In this document: piece by piece, positions 53,912 through 63,220 of the stretch | Layout of the letters: each line of letters begins with the position of its first letter | Position numbering within the stretch: the stretch's first letter is position 1 | Assembly: GCA_045639845.1 (NCBI GenBank) | Contig: JAZUDW010000107.1 | Coordinates: 4,106 to 68,105 of the forward strand | Direction: 5' to 3' | Source: Bacteroidales bacterium | GTDB taxonomy: Bacteria; Bacteroidota; Bacteroidia; Bacteroidales; P3 | DNA: 64,000 nt | Position numbers and translations under genes: made by a program | The notes under the pieces: generated by a model | What the model was told of the DNA's origin: nothing | What the model saw: the letters and a program-made list of their open reading frames with translations, nothing else | The model's database searches: none

Positions 53912-55561
53912 ATGGAATGGTTCACAAACTTATACACCAACCCCACCGTTGGCTCGGCCATACTCTTTCTCTCGATTACCATAGCCATGGGATTATGGTT
54001 GGGTAGGATCAAGATCGGAGGCATCTCGCTGGGCATCACCTGGATTCTATTTGTAGGCATCCTGCTCGGGCACTGGGGAGTAAAGATAGAAAGCAACACG
54101 TTGCACTTTGCAAAAGAGTTCGGATTGATACTCTTTGTTTATGCTATAGGGCTTCAAGTGGGACCCGGATTCTTTGAATCACTAAAACGAGGCGGATTGC
54201 GGCTCAACATACTGGCACTGGCGATAGTGCTGCTTGGCGTAGCCGTGACCTTCGGCCTTTCTTTGCTTACCGGCACAGACCTATCGACTATGACCGGAAT
54301 CTATACCGGTGCCATCACCAATACACCCGGGCTGGGTGCTGCCCAGCAGACCTATACCGACATCCACGGCACTTCCAACGACCAGCTGGCCATGGGATAT
54401 GCCGCCGCCTATCCTTTGGGTGTGGTTGGCATCATATTCAGCACATTGCTGATACGATGGGTTTTCAAAATAAAACTCGACAAAGAAATGTCGGACAAAG
54501 AGAACAACGACGACACTGCCGAGCAGATGGTGGTACGTGTATGCCGACCAGAGATAATAGGTCTCTCCGTAGAGAAAGCTTGTGCACTGATAGGCAGACC
54601 TATTGTGATTGCCCAAGTGAAGCATAGTTCTGGAGATATAGAGGTGGCCAATGCCGAAACCATACTGCGCGATAATGATATCGTGTTTGCCGAAGTATGC
54701 CACAACTGTAAGGATAGGATAGCTGCCATTCTGGGAGAAGAATGTACCGATGAGGTCTTTAGTTCGCACAACAACAGTCCCATAGTATCGCGACGTATTG
54801 CTGTGAGCAACGCCAAGATGAACGGCATGAAGCTAGGTCGGCTCCATATTCGGACCCTCTACAACGTAAACATTACCCGTATCTGCCGTTCGGGCATTGA
54901 GCTAGTAGCTACCGAAGATCTGCAACTGCAGATGGGCGACAGAGTCTCTGTGGTGGGTGCCGAAGCCGACGTAGAACAAGCAGCCGAACTGATGGGCAAC
55001 CAAATGAAACGACTGGACCAGCCCAACATCATCCCCATATTCATCGGCATCTTCCTCGGCATCATTCTGGGCAGCATACCCATCAAGTGCCCAGGCCTTC
55101 CTATGCCTGTGAAACTAGGATTGGCCGGCGGCCCTCTCGTGGTAGCAATACTGATAGGTCGGTTCGGCCCATTCTACAAAATGGTTACTTACACTACCAC
55201 GAGTGCCAACCTGATGCTTCGCGAAGTGGGTATCTGCTTATTTCTTGCTGCCGTGGGCCTCGGTGCCGGAGAACACTTTGTAGAAACCATAGTAAACGGA
55301 GGTTACATGTGGGTAGCCTACGGACTGGCTATAACATTGATACCATTGATAGTGATAGGATTCATAGCTCGAGGACTGCTACACCTCGACTACTTCTCTA
55401 TCATGGGACTCATAGCAGGCAGCACTACCGACCCTCCTGCTTTGGCCTACGCCAACAGCGTATGGGACAATAGCCTGGCCGCCGTAGCCTACGCCACAGT
55501 ATATCCACTCACGATGTTTCTACGCATACTCACCTCACAACTACTAATAATTCTTTCTTAA
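53912..55561 (+). CDS. YidE/YbjL family transporter (duplicated AspT/YidE/YbjL membrane domain with central TrkA-C-like domains)
   Basis: 549 aa. The N-terminus SAILFLSITIAMGLWLGRIKIGGISLGITWILFVGILLGHWG is typical of the family. A soluble central region is flanked by two hydrophobic halves. Confidence 0.8.
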   Translation: MEWFTNLYTNPTVGSAILFLSITIAMGLWLGRIKIGGISLGITWILFVGILLGHWGVKIESNTLHFAKEFGLILFVYAIGLQVGPGFFESLKRGGLRLNILALAIVLLGVAVTFGLSLLTGTDLSTMTGIYTGAITNTPGLGAAQQTYTDIHGTSNDQLAMGYAAAYPLGVVGIIFSTLLIRWVFKIKLDKEMSDKENNDDTAEQMVVRVCRPEIIGLSVEKACALIGRPIVIAQVKHSSGDIEVANAETILRDNDIVFAEVCHNCKDRIAAILGEECTDEVFSSHNNSPIVSRRIAVSNAKMNGMKLGRLHIRTLYNVNITRICRSGIELVATEDLQLQMGDRVSVVGAEADVEQAAELMGNQMKRLDQPNIIPIFIGIFLGIILGSIPIKCPGLPMPVKLGLAGGPLVVAILIGRFGPFYKMVTYTTTSANLMLREVGICLFLAAVGLGAGEHFVETIVNGGYMWVAYGLAITLIPLIVIGFIARGLLHLDYFSIMGLIAGSTTDPPALAYANSVWDNSLAAVAYATVYPLTMFLRILTSQLLIILS

Positions 55562-55594
55562 ACTCATTTTTTCTGCCAAAACAAAAATTATGAC

Positions 55595-55602
55595 TATCTT
55601 TG
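55595..55602 (+). promoter_or_regulatory. -7 promoter box (TAtcTTTG) of the LysR gene
   Basis: Exact motif 12 nt before ATG 55614, implying a short leader. Confidence 0.5.
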
Positions 55603-55613
55603 CACTTCAAAAC

Positions 55614-56522
55614 ATGAAGAATATGGAGCTACGACAACTTAGAGCTTTTGCCTTGGCAGCACAAACCATGAACTTCAGCGAGGCTGCAGAGAAGATGTGT
55701 ATCACACAAAGCACCTTCTCACAGACTATCAAATCGTTGGAAGTAGAACTGAAAGTGGAACTTTTTCACAGAAACAGCCATGAAGTGATGCTAACAGAAG
55801 CAGGTCGTGAGATACTTCCTTTTGCTCAAAACACACTACAACAAGCTAAATATTGCGAAGACAGAGTGCTGGATTTGATGAGTTTGCGATGTGGCACACT
55901 CAACCTAGGTATCACTCACTCTTTTAAGATGGTGGCATCGGAGACCATCATGCTATTTATCCGAACCTACCCGAATATCAAACTGATGGTCTTTTACAAG
56001 ACTATGCACGAATTGCTGGAGATGTTGTCGAATGGCGAAGTTGACTGCGTGCTTTCCTACAAGCCTTGCACGCTACCCGACGACATTGAGTCGCACACCC
56101 TCTTCGACGACCGACTATCGGCCATCGTAAGGAGCGAACACCCGCTCTCTGCATTGCCCCAAGTAACTCTCGAAGAACTACACAGACACTCTCTGGCGCT
56201 ACCCGCCCGAGGCATGCAGGCTCGCAACATTCTGAACAATATATGCAAACAGCATAGCATAGAACTCTCTCCGCGATTAGAGATCAACGAGGTGACTCCT
56301 CTTTTGCAACTGGTAGAAAGCAGCAACATGGTTACAGTACTGAGTCAATCTTCTATTGAGAACAACCACAACCTTAGATCGATACCCATCGTGGGAGCCG
56401 AAGGACTAATGACGGGATCTTACCACGTGCTGAGAGATTCCTACAAGAAACAATCGATGAAGACTTTCGTTGATATGCTCTGCCGGGCTTCTTTTATCCA
56501 CAACCGGATGAAGCTTCAATAG
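55614..56522 (+). CDS. LysR family transcriptional regulator
   Basis: Helix-turn-helix start MELRQLRAFALAAQTMNFSEAAEKMCITQSTFSQTIKSLE, followed by a LysR substrate-binding domain. The ATG at 55590 overlaps the TAtcTTTG promoter box, so a downstream ATG (55614 or 55623) is preferred. Confidence 0.85.
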   Translation: MKNMELRQLRAFALAAQTMNFSEAAEKMCITQSTFSQTIKSLEVELKVELFHRNSHEVMLTEAGREILPFAQNTLQQAKYCEDRVLDLMSLRCGTLNLGITHSFKMVASETIMLFIRTYPNIKLMVFYKTMHELLEMLSNGEVDCVLSYKPCTLPDDIESHTLFDDRLSAIVRSEHPLSALPQVTLEELHRHSLALPARGMQARNILNNICKQHSIELSPRLEINEVTPLLQLVESSNMVTVLSQSSIENNHNLRSIPIVGAEGLMTGSYHVLRDSYKKQSMKTFVDMLCRASFIHNRMKLQ

Positions 56523-56538
56523 CTCAATTGTTGGATTA

Positions 56539-56593
56539 TTGTTGAATTGTTGATTGAGCACTATACAGTTTTATCAAATCAACAATTCAACAA
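56539..56593 (+). terminator. Perfect 17-bp inverted repeat hairpin after the LysR gene (TTGTTGA-word family)
   Basis: Arms ttgttgaattgttgatt and aatcaacaattcaacaa with a 21-nt loop. No clear T tract, so terminator function is presumed rather than shown. Confidence 0.45.
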
Positions 56594-56690
56594 ACAAATA
56601 GCATTTTCTTGTATCTTTACCGACCAGGGGAGGCGAAGACACCTGCATTCGGGAATGCAAAATAATTTTTGCCATTCTTCTCTCTTTTTG

Positions 56691-56698
56691 TATCTTTG
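56691..56698 (+). promoter_or_regulatory. -7 promoter box (TAtcTTTG) of the T9SS cargo gene
   Basis: Exact motif 45 nt upstream of ATG 56743. Confidence 0.6.
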
Positions 56699-56742
56699 CA
56701 TTTTTAAAACTAAGGAACAATAATTATTAAAAGATTCGGAGA

Positions 56743-58614
56743 ATGAAAAGAATAGCACTGATTGTCATTGCGTTTTGTGTAGCCATTGCAGCACAGAGTC
56801 AGACTCTTTTATACGAGGATTTCTCAAATGGATTCCCCGAAGGGTGGTCTATGTTTAACGACGACAACCTCCCCTACAATGCCGCCTACGATGAAGCATG
56901 GGTACTGAACACCCAGTATGGCAACGAGGCCCCCTGTGCTGCCAGCACCTCATGGTTCTCTACACCCGCCCAGGCCGACCGATGGCTTATTACTCCGTCG
57001 ATATCCATTCCCGGATCGGGCTACTACCTCTGGTTCGACGCAAGAGCTTTGGAGAACGCATACCCCGACGGCTTCGACATCAGGGTATCCACCCAAGGAC
57101 CCACCGACCGACTACTCTTTCACGAGGAGGTGCTGCTACATGTGGATCGCTGTTCCTCCAACTGGACCGAATACATGGTAGATCTCTCGCAGTATGCGGG
57201 CCAAAACGTATGGTTGGCTTTTGTGCAGAACTCCTTAGACATGAACCTGCTGATGATAGACAACGTGACGGTAGGCGTGCCTCCGCAGCATGCCATTGCT
57301 CTCCGCCAACTCTATCTGCCCATCAGCGCCACTATCGATACCCATGTACCCATACGCGGTATGGTGGTAAACAGAGGTATGGCTCCGCTCACAAGCTTCG
57401 ACGTGAGCTATAGTGTAAACGGATCGGAACGCAACACTACCCATTTCTCCAGCTTGAACCTAGAGCATGGTACCGCCTTCACTTTCACCTGCGACCTCGA
57501 CTTTATCACACCTCTCTTGGGCACCTACAATATCAGCGTCACCGTGAGCAACCCCAACGGCATGACCGACGACCCGATAGACAACACCTTGGATGCCGAC
57601 ATCATCATATTTGACAGCAACTTGATCATGCCTCGTCTCAACGTAGCAGAGATGATGATGCTCACAAGCAACGCCTTGTCGCCCCAAGCATGGCAAGAGG
57701 TAGAGATGGCCAGCGAGATGGTCGATCCATCGGTGGTAATGCTGGCCCACCATGCCGGCAATGGCACTGACGCTCTCACGTGCGAAGGAAGTATCGCCAA
57801 CGAACGTTTCTACAACGGGCAGACTCCCTTTGTGCCTGCCATCATGTACAACCGCACACGTCTGTCGAGCCACTATCGTGGCCCTTTGATGGGCGTGAGC
57901 GCTATGGTACGCGAGGTCGGCGACATGATTGAGAGAGCCAACGCGTTGCCCAGCTATGTGCGTATGGCTTGGAGCAATGTGACCTTCGACGAAGACAGCC
58001 GTGAGGTTCACGCCACCGTATCGGGACGTTTCGCCTACCGCGATGGCACTGAGACTCCGCGCATCACTATCTATATGGTGGAAGACAGCGTTTATATGGG
58101 ACAACGGACGGAACGCGGATGGCAGTTCGGCTACCGTCACATGAACGTGGTACGCGACGAGGTGGCCACCATCGACTGCAACGACATCAGCTACGATGGT
58201 AACTACAGCTACAACATCAGCTACACGTTGCCCGACAATATGCGTGCTTGGCGTTGCCGTATGGTAGCACTCATAGCCAACCACGACAACACCAACATCA
58301 ACAACAACCGAGTGATGAATGCAGCCGTCACGGCCCCCTTTGAAGCCCCCTTCGTTGACATTGCCCCCATAGCACAGGGTGCCGCCATAGAGATCTGCCC
58401 CAATCCTGCCATCAGTACCACCACCATCAAATCCGAGAGCGCCATACGTCGCATAGAAGTCTTCAACATGATGGGCATGCAAGTATATAGTACCAGCCAC
58501 ATCAACGACAATAGTGTCTCTATCTCGGTAAGCCATCTGCCCGAAGGCATCTATCTGGTACGCGTAGAGACCGACCGAGGTGGTTCGATGAGCAAGCTAT
58601 CGGTGGTTAGATAA
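56743..58614 (+). CDS. T9SS cargo protein with choice-of-anchor-J-like N-terminal domain and type A C-terminal sorting domain
   Basis: 623 aa with a signal peptide. N-terminal LLYEDFSNGFPEGWSMFNDDN block. The last 75 aa or so (IEICPNPAISTTTIKSES...GIYLVRVETDRGGSMSKLSVVR) match the T9SS CTD pattern. A TAtcTTTG box lies 45 nt upstream. Confidence 0.75.
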   Translation: MKRIALIVIAFCVAIAAQSQTLLYEDFSNGFPEGWSMFNDDNLPYNAAYDEAWVLNTQYGNEAPCAASTSWFSTPAQADRWLITPSISIPGSGYYLWFDARALENAYPDGFDIRVSTQGPTDRLLFHEEVLLHVDRCSSNWTEYMVDLSQYAGQNVWLAFVQNSLDMNLLMIDNVTVGVPPQHAIALRQLYLPISATIDTHVPIRGMVVNRGMAPLTSFDVSYSVNGSERNTTHFSSLNLEHGTAFTFTCDLDFITPLLGTYNISVTVSNPNGMTDDPIDNTLDADIIIFDSNLIMPRLNVAEMMMLTSNALSPQAWQEVEMASEMVDPSVVMLAHHAGNGTDALTCEGSIANERFYNGQTPFVPAIMYNRTRLSSHYRGPLMGVSAMVREVGDMIERANALPSYVRMAWSNVTFDEDSREVHATVSGRFAYRDGTETPRITIYMVEDSVYMGQRTERGWQFGYRHMNVVRDEVATIDCNDISYDGNYSYNISYTLPDNMRAWRCRMVALIANHDNTNINNNRVMNAAVTAPFEAPFVDIAPIAQGAAIEICPNPAISTTTIKSESAIRRIEVFNMMGMQVYSTSHINDNSVSISVSHLPEGIYLVRVETDRGGSMSKLSVVR

Positions 58615-58753
58615 GTGAAGATTCCCTAAAGGTTGCCCGAACACGAAAGTAAAGGAGATCAACAATAATCCTTTATCGACTGCTCTCCGACCATCCTCAA
58701 CAATAAAACAAGAAGATGAACGTTATTCAAAAAATAATATAATCACAAGAACA

Positions 58754-59350
58754 ATGAAGAGACTCGTGCTAATACTGGCCTTGTTGGCCACTGTCGTGAT
58801 GGGAAACGCCCAGCAGGTAAGCTCACGTGCCAAAGCCATGCGTATGATGAGCTATGCCCGACCTGAATACATGGTGAAAGATGTGAAAGTCTATACCGAC
58901 ACCATGACCATCTACACCCTCTCTCAACAGGTGATCTACCCTATCGGTCGATGGGAGTCGGTAGAACAATACATTACCGCCTCGCAGCTGCAATGGTACC
59001 GTGAAGTAGGCTACAAACGCTATTTCGACTCTATGGAAGTATCTGTCAACACCATTCGTCGCCTCGACGACAGTTATATCAACATGTACCGCTCTATCTT
59101 CACCGGCCGCATTGAGATGCTCGACGGCAAAATCACCGACCCCGAGGTGGTATTGGCCAACGGCCTTCATGCTGGTATAAGCAAAGAAGCTGTATTTGCT
59201 GTATTCTTCAAGAAGTTCCCCAAATCGTATATTGAAGATATCTCGGTACTCAAAGTGATAAGCGGAGCTGGCGAAGTAGGTCAAGTTTACACCTTCAAAG
59301 GCACCAAGTTACGTCACATCGGCATCATCTCGAAGTATAAATATTATTGA
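58754..59350 (+). CDS. Hypothetical exported protein
   Basis: 198 aa with signal peptide MKRLVLILALLATVVMGNAQ. I did not recognise a family. Confidence 0.5.
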   Translation: MKRLVLILALLATVVMGNAQQVSSRAKAMRMMSYARPEYMVKDVKVYTDTMTIYTLSQQVIYPIGRWESVEQYITASQLQWYREVGYKRYFDSMEVSVNTIRRLDDSYINMYRSIFTGRIEMLDGKITDPEVVLANGLHAGISKEAVFAVFFKKFPKSYIEDISVLKVISGAGEVGQVYTFKGTKLRHIGIISKYKYY

Positions 59351-59470
59351 TATTGTTGAGTCGTTGAACTGTTTATTTGTTGACATGAAACTATTGTTGA
59401 ATCGTTGATTTGTTGATTTAACAATTTGATATTATTGTTGATTCAACGATTCAGCAAACATCGATTCACG
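59351..59470. repeat. TTGTTGA-word intergenic hairpin element
   Basis: Runs of 8-nt words (attgttga gtcgttga ... attgttga atcgttga tttgttga) with an 11-bp stem tgaatcgttga (59398-59408) / tcaacgattca (59443-59453). Related word strings occur at 31345-31375, 43305-43335, 44990-45035, 56525-56600 and 63805-63870. Confidence 0.6.
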
Positions 59471-59566
59471 CTCACACTTGCATCAAATCAACTGCAGGAA
59501 TGCGACTGCTGTGAGGCCAACAAAATAGATAAACAAACCAACATAACAAAGTCACCCACTCTTCCT

Positions 59567-60145
59567 ATGTCGAAGAACATCGGACTATACTTCGGCTCTT
59601 TCAACCCCATCCACATAGGCCACCTTATTATCGCCAACGCTATGTTGGAGCATAGCGACTTGGATGAGGTGTGGTTCGTGGTATCACCACAAAACCCACT
59701 CAAAGAACGCCAATCTTTATTGCCCGACTATCATCGCATGGCTATGGTTCGCAGAGCCATTGAGGACAACTACTGCCTGAAAGCCTGCGACGTGGAGATG
59801 CACCTACCCACACCTTCCTACACAGTAGTCACGTTGGCCGCCCTCAAAGAGAAATATCCAACGCATCAATTCTGCCTCATTATGGGCAGCGACAACCTAG
59901 ACCATTTCGACCGTTGGCGCAACTACGAATATATCCTCGACCACTACAAGATAATGGTATATCCCCGCCCCGGCCATTTGGACAGTCCATTCCTTCATCA
60001 TCCCTGCATAACACTCGTAGAGTGCCCTCTGATGGAGATCTCATCCTCCTATATACGTCAACAGATAGCCGAAGGACACTCCGTACAGTACCTCTTGAGC
60101 GAGCCCGTGTGGAAATATCTCACCGAGATGCACTTTTATAAGTGA
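59567..60145 (+). CDS. nadD: Nicotinate-nucleotide adenylyltransferase NadD
   Basis: The nucleotidyltransferase motif GLYFGSFNPIHIGHL lies right after the chosen ATG, and ISSSYIR lies near the C-terminus. The upstream part of the 239-aa track ORF lies in repeat DNA. Confidence 0.85.
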   Translation: MSKNIGLYFGSFNPIHIGHLIIANAMLEHSDLDEVWFVVSPQNPLKERQSLLPDYHRMAMVRRAIEDNYCLKACDVEMHLPTPSYTVVTLAALKEKYPTHQFCLIMGSDNLDHFDRWRNYEYILDHYKIMVYPRPGHLDSPFLHHPCITLVECPLMEISSSYIRQQIAEGHSVQYLLSEPVWKYLTEMHFYK

Positions 60146-60323
60146 TGATGAAAAAAATGACTTGGGACATAATGGTATAACAACTTGATTCGCTTTTACT
60201 TTACCTTATTGGCTATTTTGAAGATGGACCTCAGTCACATAGACCACTATATTCCCTCGCCTCAACGCCAAAATATCTCAACAATCTAAAGCAAAATCGT
60301 ACCAATTTATTTTTATCATCACT
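60141..60323 (-). repeat. MITE-like intergenic element, copy 2
   Basis: Its reverse complement matches copy 1 almost exactly over the first 55 nt or so and the last 45 nt or so, while the middle has diverged or is shorter. The nadD stop codon TGA lies inside the terminal repeat. Confidence 0.75.
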
Positions 60324-60513
60324 AAATAGAAATGGTTTGGTGATCCGTGAAGAGTGATCTATGATCCAACGAGTGTATCTGATGGATAGTATTGTCCGAT
60401 CACTGATCACTCTGATATCTATCATCACTCTGCTTTTACACAAAACAACGTTGTCCATTCATGCCTTTTATAGCATTCATTATCTTTTTTTCTCCCATAT
60501 GAAAAAAAATCCC

Positions 60514-60521
60514 TACTTTTG
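60514..60521 (+). promoter_or_regulatory. -7 promoter box (TActTTTG) of the acyl-CoA ligase gene
   Basis: Exact motif 28 nt upstream of ATG 60549. Confidence 0.55.
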
Positions 60522-60548
60522 CAAATTGTATATAAAGCTGAAAAGACA

Positions 60549-62414
60549 ATGGAAATCGAAATCAAGAGAACATTCGATTTGCTTGATCATCTTGTTGTTA
60601 ACTTTCCAAAAGACGACATTTTGGCAGGCAAAGTCAATGGAGAATGGGTTAAATATAGCTCCCATGATTACTATAAATTTGCTCATTTCTTAGCCTACGG
60701 CTTCCTGGAAATGGGTTTGAAAGCCGGCGACAAAGTGGTTACTATCAGCCACAACTGCCCCGAATGGAACTTCGTAGATATGGCACTGGCCATGAGCGGC
60801 ATAGTCCACGTGCCCGTCTATCCCACCCTCTCTACAGAAAACTACCTCCACATATTCAACCACTGCGAAGCCAAGATGGTGCTCGTGAGCAGCAAGAAAC
60901 TGCTGGGCCACATACGCCCGGCTCTCGAACAGATGCAACAGAAGCCACAGGTGTTCACCATGGTGCCTGTCGATGGCGAACGTCGCATACTGGAGATACT
61001 CAAGTTGGGTATTGCCAATCGCGATAAGCACATGGCCACCATCGAGGAAAACAAGCGCACCATCAGTCCCGACGACTGGGTGACACTGATCTATACCAGC
61101 GGCACCACCGGCGACCCCAAAGGCGTGATGCTCTCGCACCGCAACCTCTGCAGCAACTTCATTGCCCACAGCAAAGTGAATATCGTAGATAGCACCAGTC
61201 GTGCTATCAGCTTCCTCCCCCTCAACCACGTTTATGAGCGCAGCCTCAACTACCACTTCCAGCTCCTCGGCGTCAGCATCTACTATGCCGAAAACATGGG
61301 TACCATTGCCCGCGACATCAACGAGATCCACGCCGACCTCTTCTGTGCAGTACCCCGCGTGCTCGAGATGATCTACGACAAACTCTATGCAGCTGGCAAA
61401 GACCTCCAGGGTTTCAAGAAGAAAGTCTATGACCGCGCTATGAAGTTTGGCGAAAAATACGACTTCACCAAGCCCCACTACTCGCCTTGGACCCGACTCC
61501 AGCACCATTTCTACGACAAGCATGTATATAGCAAATGGCGTGAGAAATTCGGCAACAGCGAACGCTTCACCATCATCACCGGCAGCAGCGCCATACAGCT
61601 GCGTATGCTCAAACTCTTCGGTGCCGCCAACTTCTGCATCTACGAAGGTTACGGCCTCAGCGAGACCTCGCCCGTTATCGCTGTCAACAACCCCCACGAC
61701 GGATATGTAAAACTGGGTACCGTGGGTCCCATCCTAGAAGGTGTCGAAGTGAAGTTCGACGACGATGGCGAGATCCTCACCCGCGGACCTCATGTGATGC
61801 TCGGATACTACAAGGACCCCGAATACACGGCCAAGGTGCTCGACAGCGACGGATGGTTCCACACTGGCGACGTTGGCAAGATTGTAGGCGGACGCTACCT
61901 CAAGATCACCGACCGCAAGAAAGATATCTTCAAACTGTCGGCTGGCAAATACGTAGCACCTCAAGTGATCGAAAGCAAACTGCGCGAGAGCGACTTTATC
62001 GACCAAGTGATGGTAGTAGGCGAAAACGAAAAGTTTGCAGCCGCCATCATCTCGCCCAACTTCAACACCCTCCACTATTGGGCACTGAAACACAACCTTC
62101 ACTACCGCAGCAATGTAGAGCTCATAGAGATGCCCGAGGTTGCCAAGAAGATGAAAGAGGTAGTCGAAGAGTACAACAAAGGCTTCGCACCACACGAACA
62201 GATCAAGAGTATCAAGCTCGTGAGCGAAGAATGGACCGCCGACAATGGTATGCTCTCCCCCACCCTAAAAGTACGACGCAACATATTGTTAGCCAAATAC
62301 AAAAACCTTATTTCCGAGATATACAACAAGCCCGAGGAGAACAAAGGTGGCCTATTTTCTGCTTTCCGCTCCATAGAACTGCCCACCATCAAGCTTCCTG
62401 GACACAAAGAATAA
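60549..62414 (+). CDS. Long-chain fatty acid-CoA ligase (AMP-dependent synthetase)
   Basis: AMP-binding motif LIYTSGTTGDPKGVMLSHRN, plus GYGLSETSP and TGDVG...DRKKD. The start is at ATG 60549, 28 nt after the TActTTTG box. Confidence 0.85.
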   Translation: MEIEIKRTFDLLDHLVVNFPKDDILAGKVNGEWVKYSSHDYYKFAHFLAYGFLEMGLKAGDKVVTISHNCPEWNFVDMALAMSGIVHVPVYPTLSTENYLHIFNHCEAKMVLVSSKKLLGHIRPALEQMQQKPQVFTMVPVDGERRILEILKLGIANRDKHMATIEENKRTISPDDWVTLIYTSGTTGDPKGVMLSHRNLCSNFIAHSKVNIVDSTSRAISFLPLNHVYERSLNYHFQLLGVSIYYAENMGTIARDINEIHADLFCAVPRVLEMIYDKLYAAGKDLQGFKKKVYDRAMKFGEKYDFTKPHYSPWTRLQHHFYDKHVYSKWREKFGNSERFTIITGSSAIQLRMLKLFGAANFCIYEGYGLSETSPVIAVNNPHDGYVKLGTVGPILEGVEVKFDDDGEILTRGPHVMLGYYKDPEYTAKVLDSDGWFHTGDVGKIVGGRYLKITDRKKDIFKLSAGKYVAPQVIESKLRESDFIDQVMVVGENEKFAAAIISPNFNTLHYWALKHNLHYRSNVELIEMPEVAKKMKEVVEEYNKGFAPHEQIKSIKLVSEEWTADNGMLSPTLKVRRNILLAKYKNLISEIYNKPEENKGGLFSAFRSIELPTIKLPGHKE

Positions 62415-62511
62415 AAAAAATTAAAACAACGATCAGCATGACAATCATTGCATTATACACCATCCGAGGCAAAAATCATCACAAAAACTTTGCCCATTAG
62501 GAAAAACTTTG

Positions 62512-62519
62512 TATCTTTG
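62512..62519 (+). promoter_or_regulatory. -7 promoter box (TAtcTTTG) of tRNA-Gln
   Basis: Exact motif 24 nt upstream of tRNA position 1. Confidence 0.6.
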
Positions 62520-62542
62520 CAATCGTTTTGATCGGAACGGCT

Positions 62543-62613
62543 TGTCCAATGGTGTAATGGTAGCACTCCAGATTTTGGTTCTGTCAGTCTAGGTTCGAAT
62601 CCTGGTTGGACAA
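62543..62613 (+). tRNA. tRNA-Gln (anticodon UUG)
   Basis: Hand-folded cloverleaf. 7-bp acceptor stem tgtccaa/ttggaca. D arm gtgt-aatggta-gcac. Anticodon loop ttTTGgt. T arm ctagg-ttcgaat-cctgg. Discriminator A; no encoded CCA. A TAtcTTTG box lies 24 nt upstream and a terminator follows directly. Confidence 0.85.
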
Positions 62614-62620
62614 CAAAAAA

Positions 62621-62653
62621 GAACTCTCAACAACGTTTGGGAGTTCTTTTTTT
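62621..62653 (+). terminator. Intrinsic terminator of tRNA-Gln
   Basis: 10-bp stem gaactctcaa/ttgggagttc (one G-U pair), 6-nt loop, then TTTTTTT. Confidence 0.75.
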
Positions 62654-63009
62654 ATTCTTATTTTCCCCAGTTATTCACCTCACAATAGACAGTGCCGACC
62701 ACAAGTGCAAATGCGTCAATGAGGCTGACTAAGCGATCATGAACACAAAGAAAGGTAATTACGCAACACAAAATGAGATTGCGACGACGCAGAAAAGGAA
62801 TACCCAATGTGTGTTCAGACTGGAAAGAGGTTGAATTTCGTCATCAGTCCCTTCGAGTTGTTCCTACTTAAAAAACTGAAAAGTGGACGAAAACCAACCA
62901 AGATAGACAATGGTGACTTATTACCATTGCAAACATCAGATATATCAACAATACCCCATGATTTATATCAATGAAGTGAATGTAATTTATACAGCGGGCT
63001 GCATGGGTC

Positions 63010-63141
63010 AATGCAGAACTCTGCATGAACCGATGAAGAGCTCTGCATAGGTCGATGAAGAGCTCTGCGTGAGCCGATGAAGAGCTCTGCGTAGGTCGAT
63101 GAAGAGCTCTGCGTGAGCCTGTGCAGAACTCTGCGTAAAGA
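63010..63141 (+). repeat. Tandem array of six 22-bp units, each with an internal dyad
   Basis: The six units are aatgcagaactctgcatgaacc, gatgaagagctctgcataggtc, gatgaagagctctgcgtgagcc, gatgaagagctctgcgtaggtc, gatgaagagctctgcgtgagcc and tgtgcagaactctgcgtaaaga. Units 3 and 5 are identical, giving a 44-bp super-period. Confidence 0.85.
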
Positions 63142-63149
63142 GGGGTCGA

Positions 63150-63199
63150 TTCAAGAAAACACAAAGAGGTCCAACAGCTATTGCCATTGAACCTCTTTG
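63150..63199 (-). terminator. Hairpin terminator after the small lipoprotein gene
   Basis: Stem caaagaggt/acctctttg followed on the minus strand by tgTTTTCTTG. Confidence 0.5.
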
Positions 63200-63220
63200 T
63201 ATAGGTAGAGTCTGATGAAA

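Noticed and set aside
63010-63141. Possible CRISPR array
   Set aside because: The 22-bp units are directly adjacent with no spacers. The units are shorter than typical CRISPR repeats, and no cas genes are present in the window.
62868-63164. 98-aa minus-strand ORF
   Set aside because: Most of it is simply the translation of the 22-bp tandem repeat array, giving periodic …ALHR…QSS… strings.
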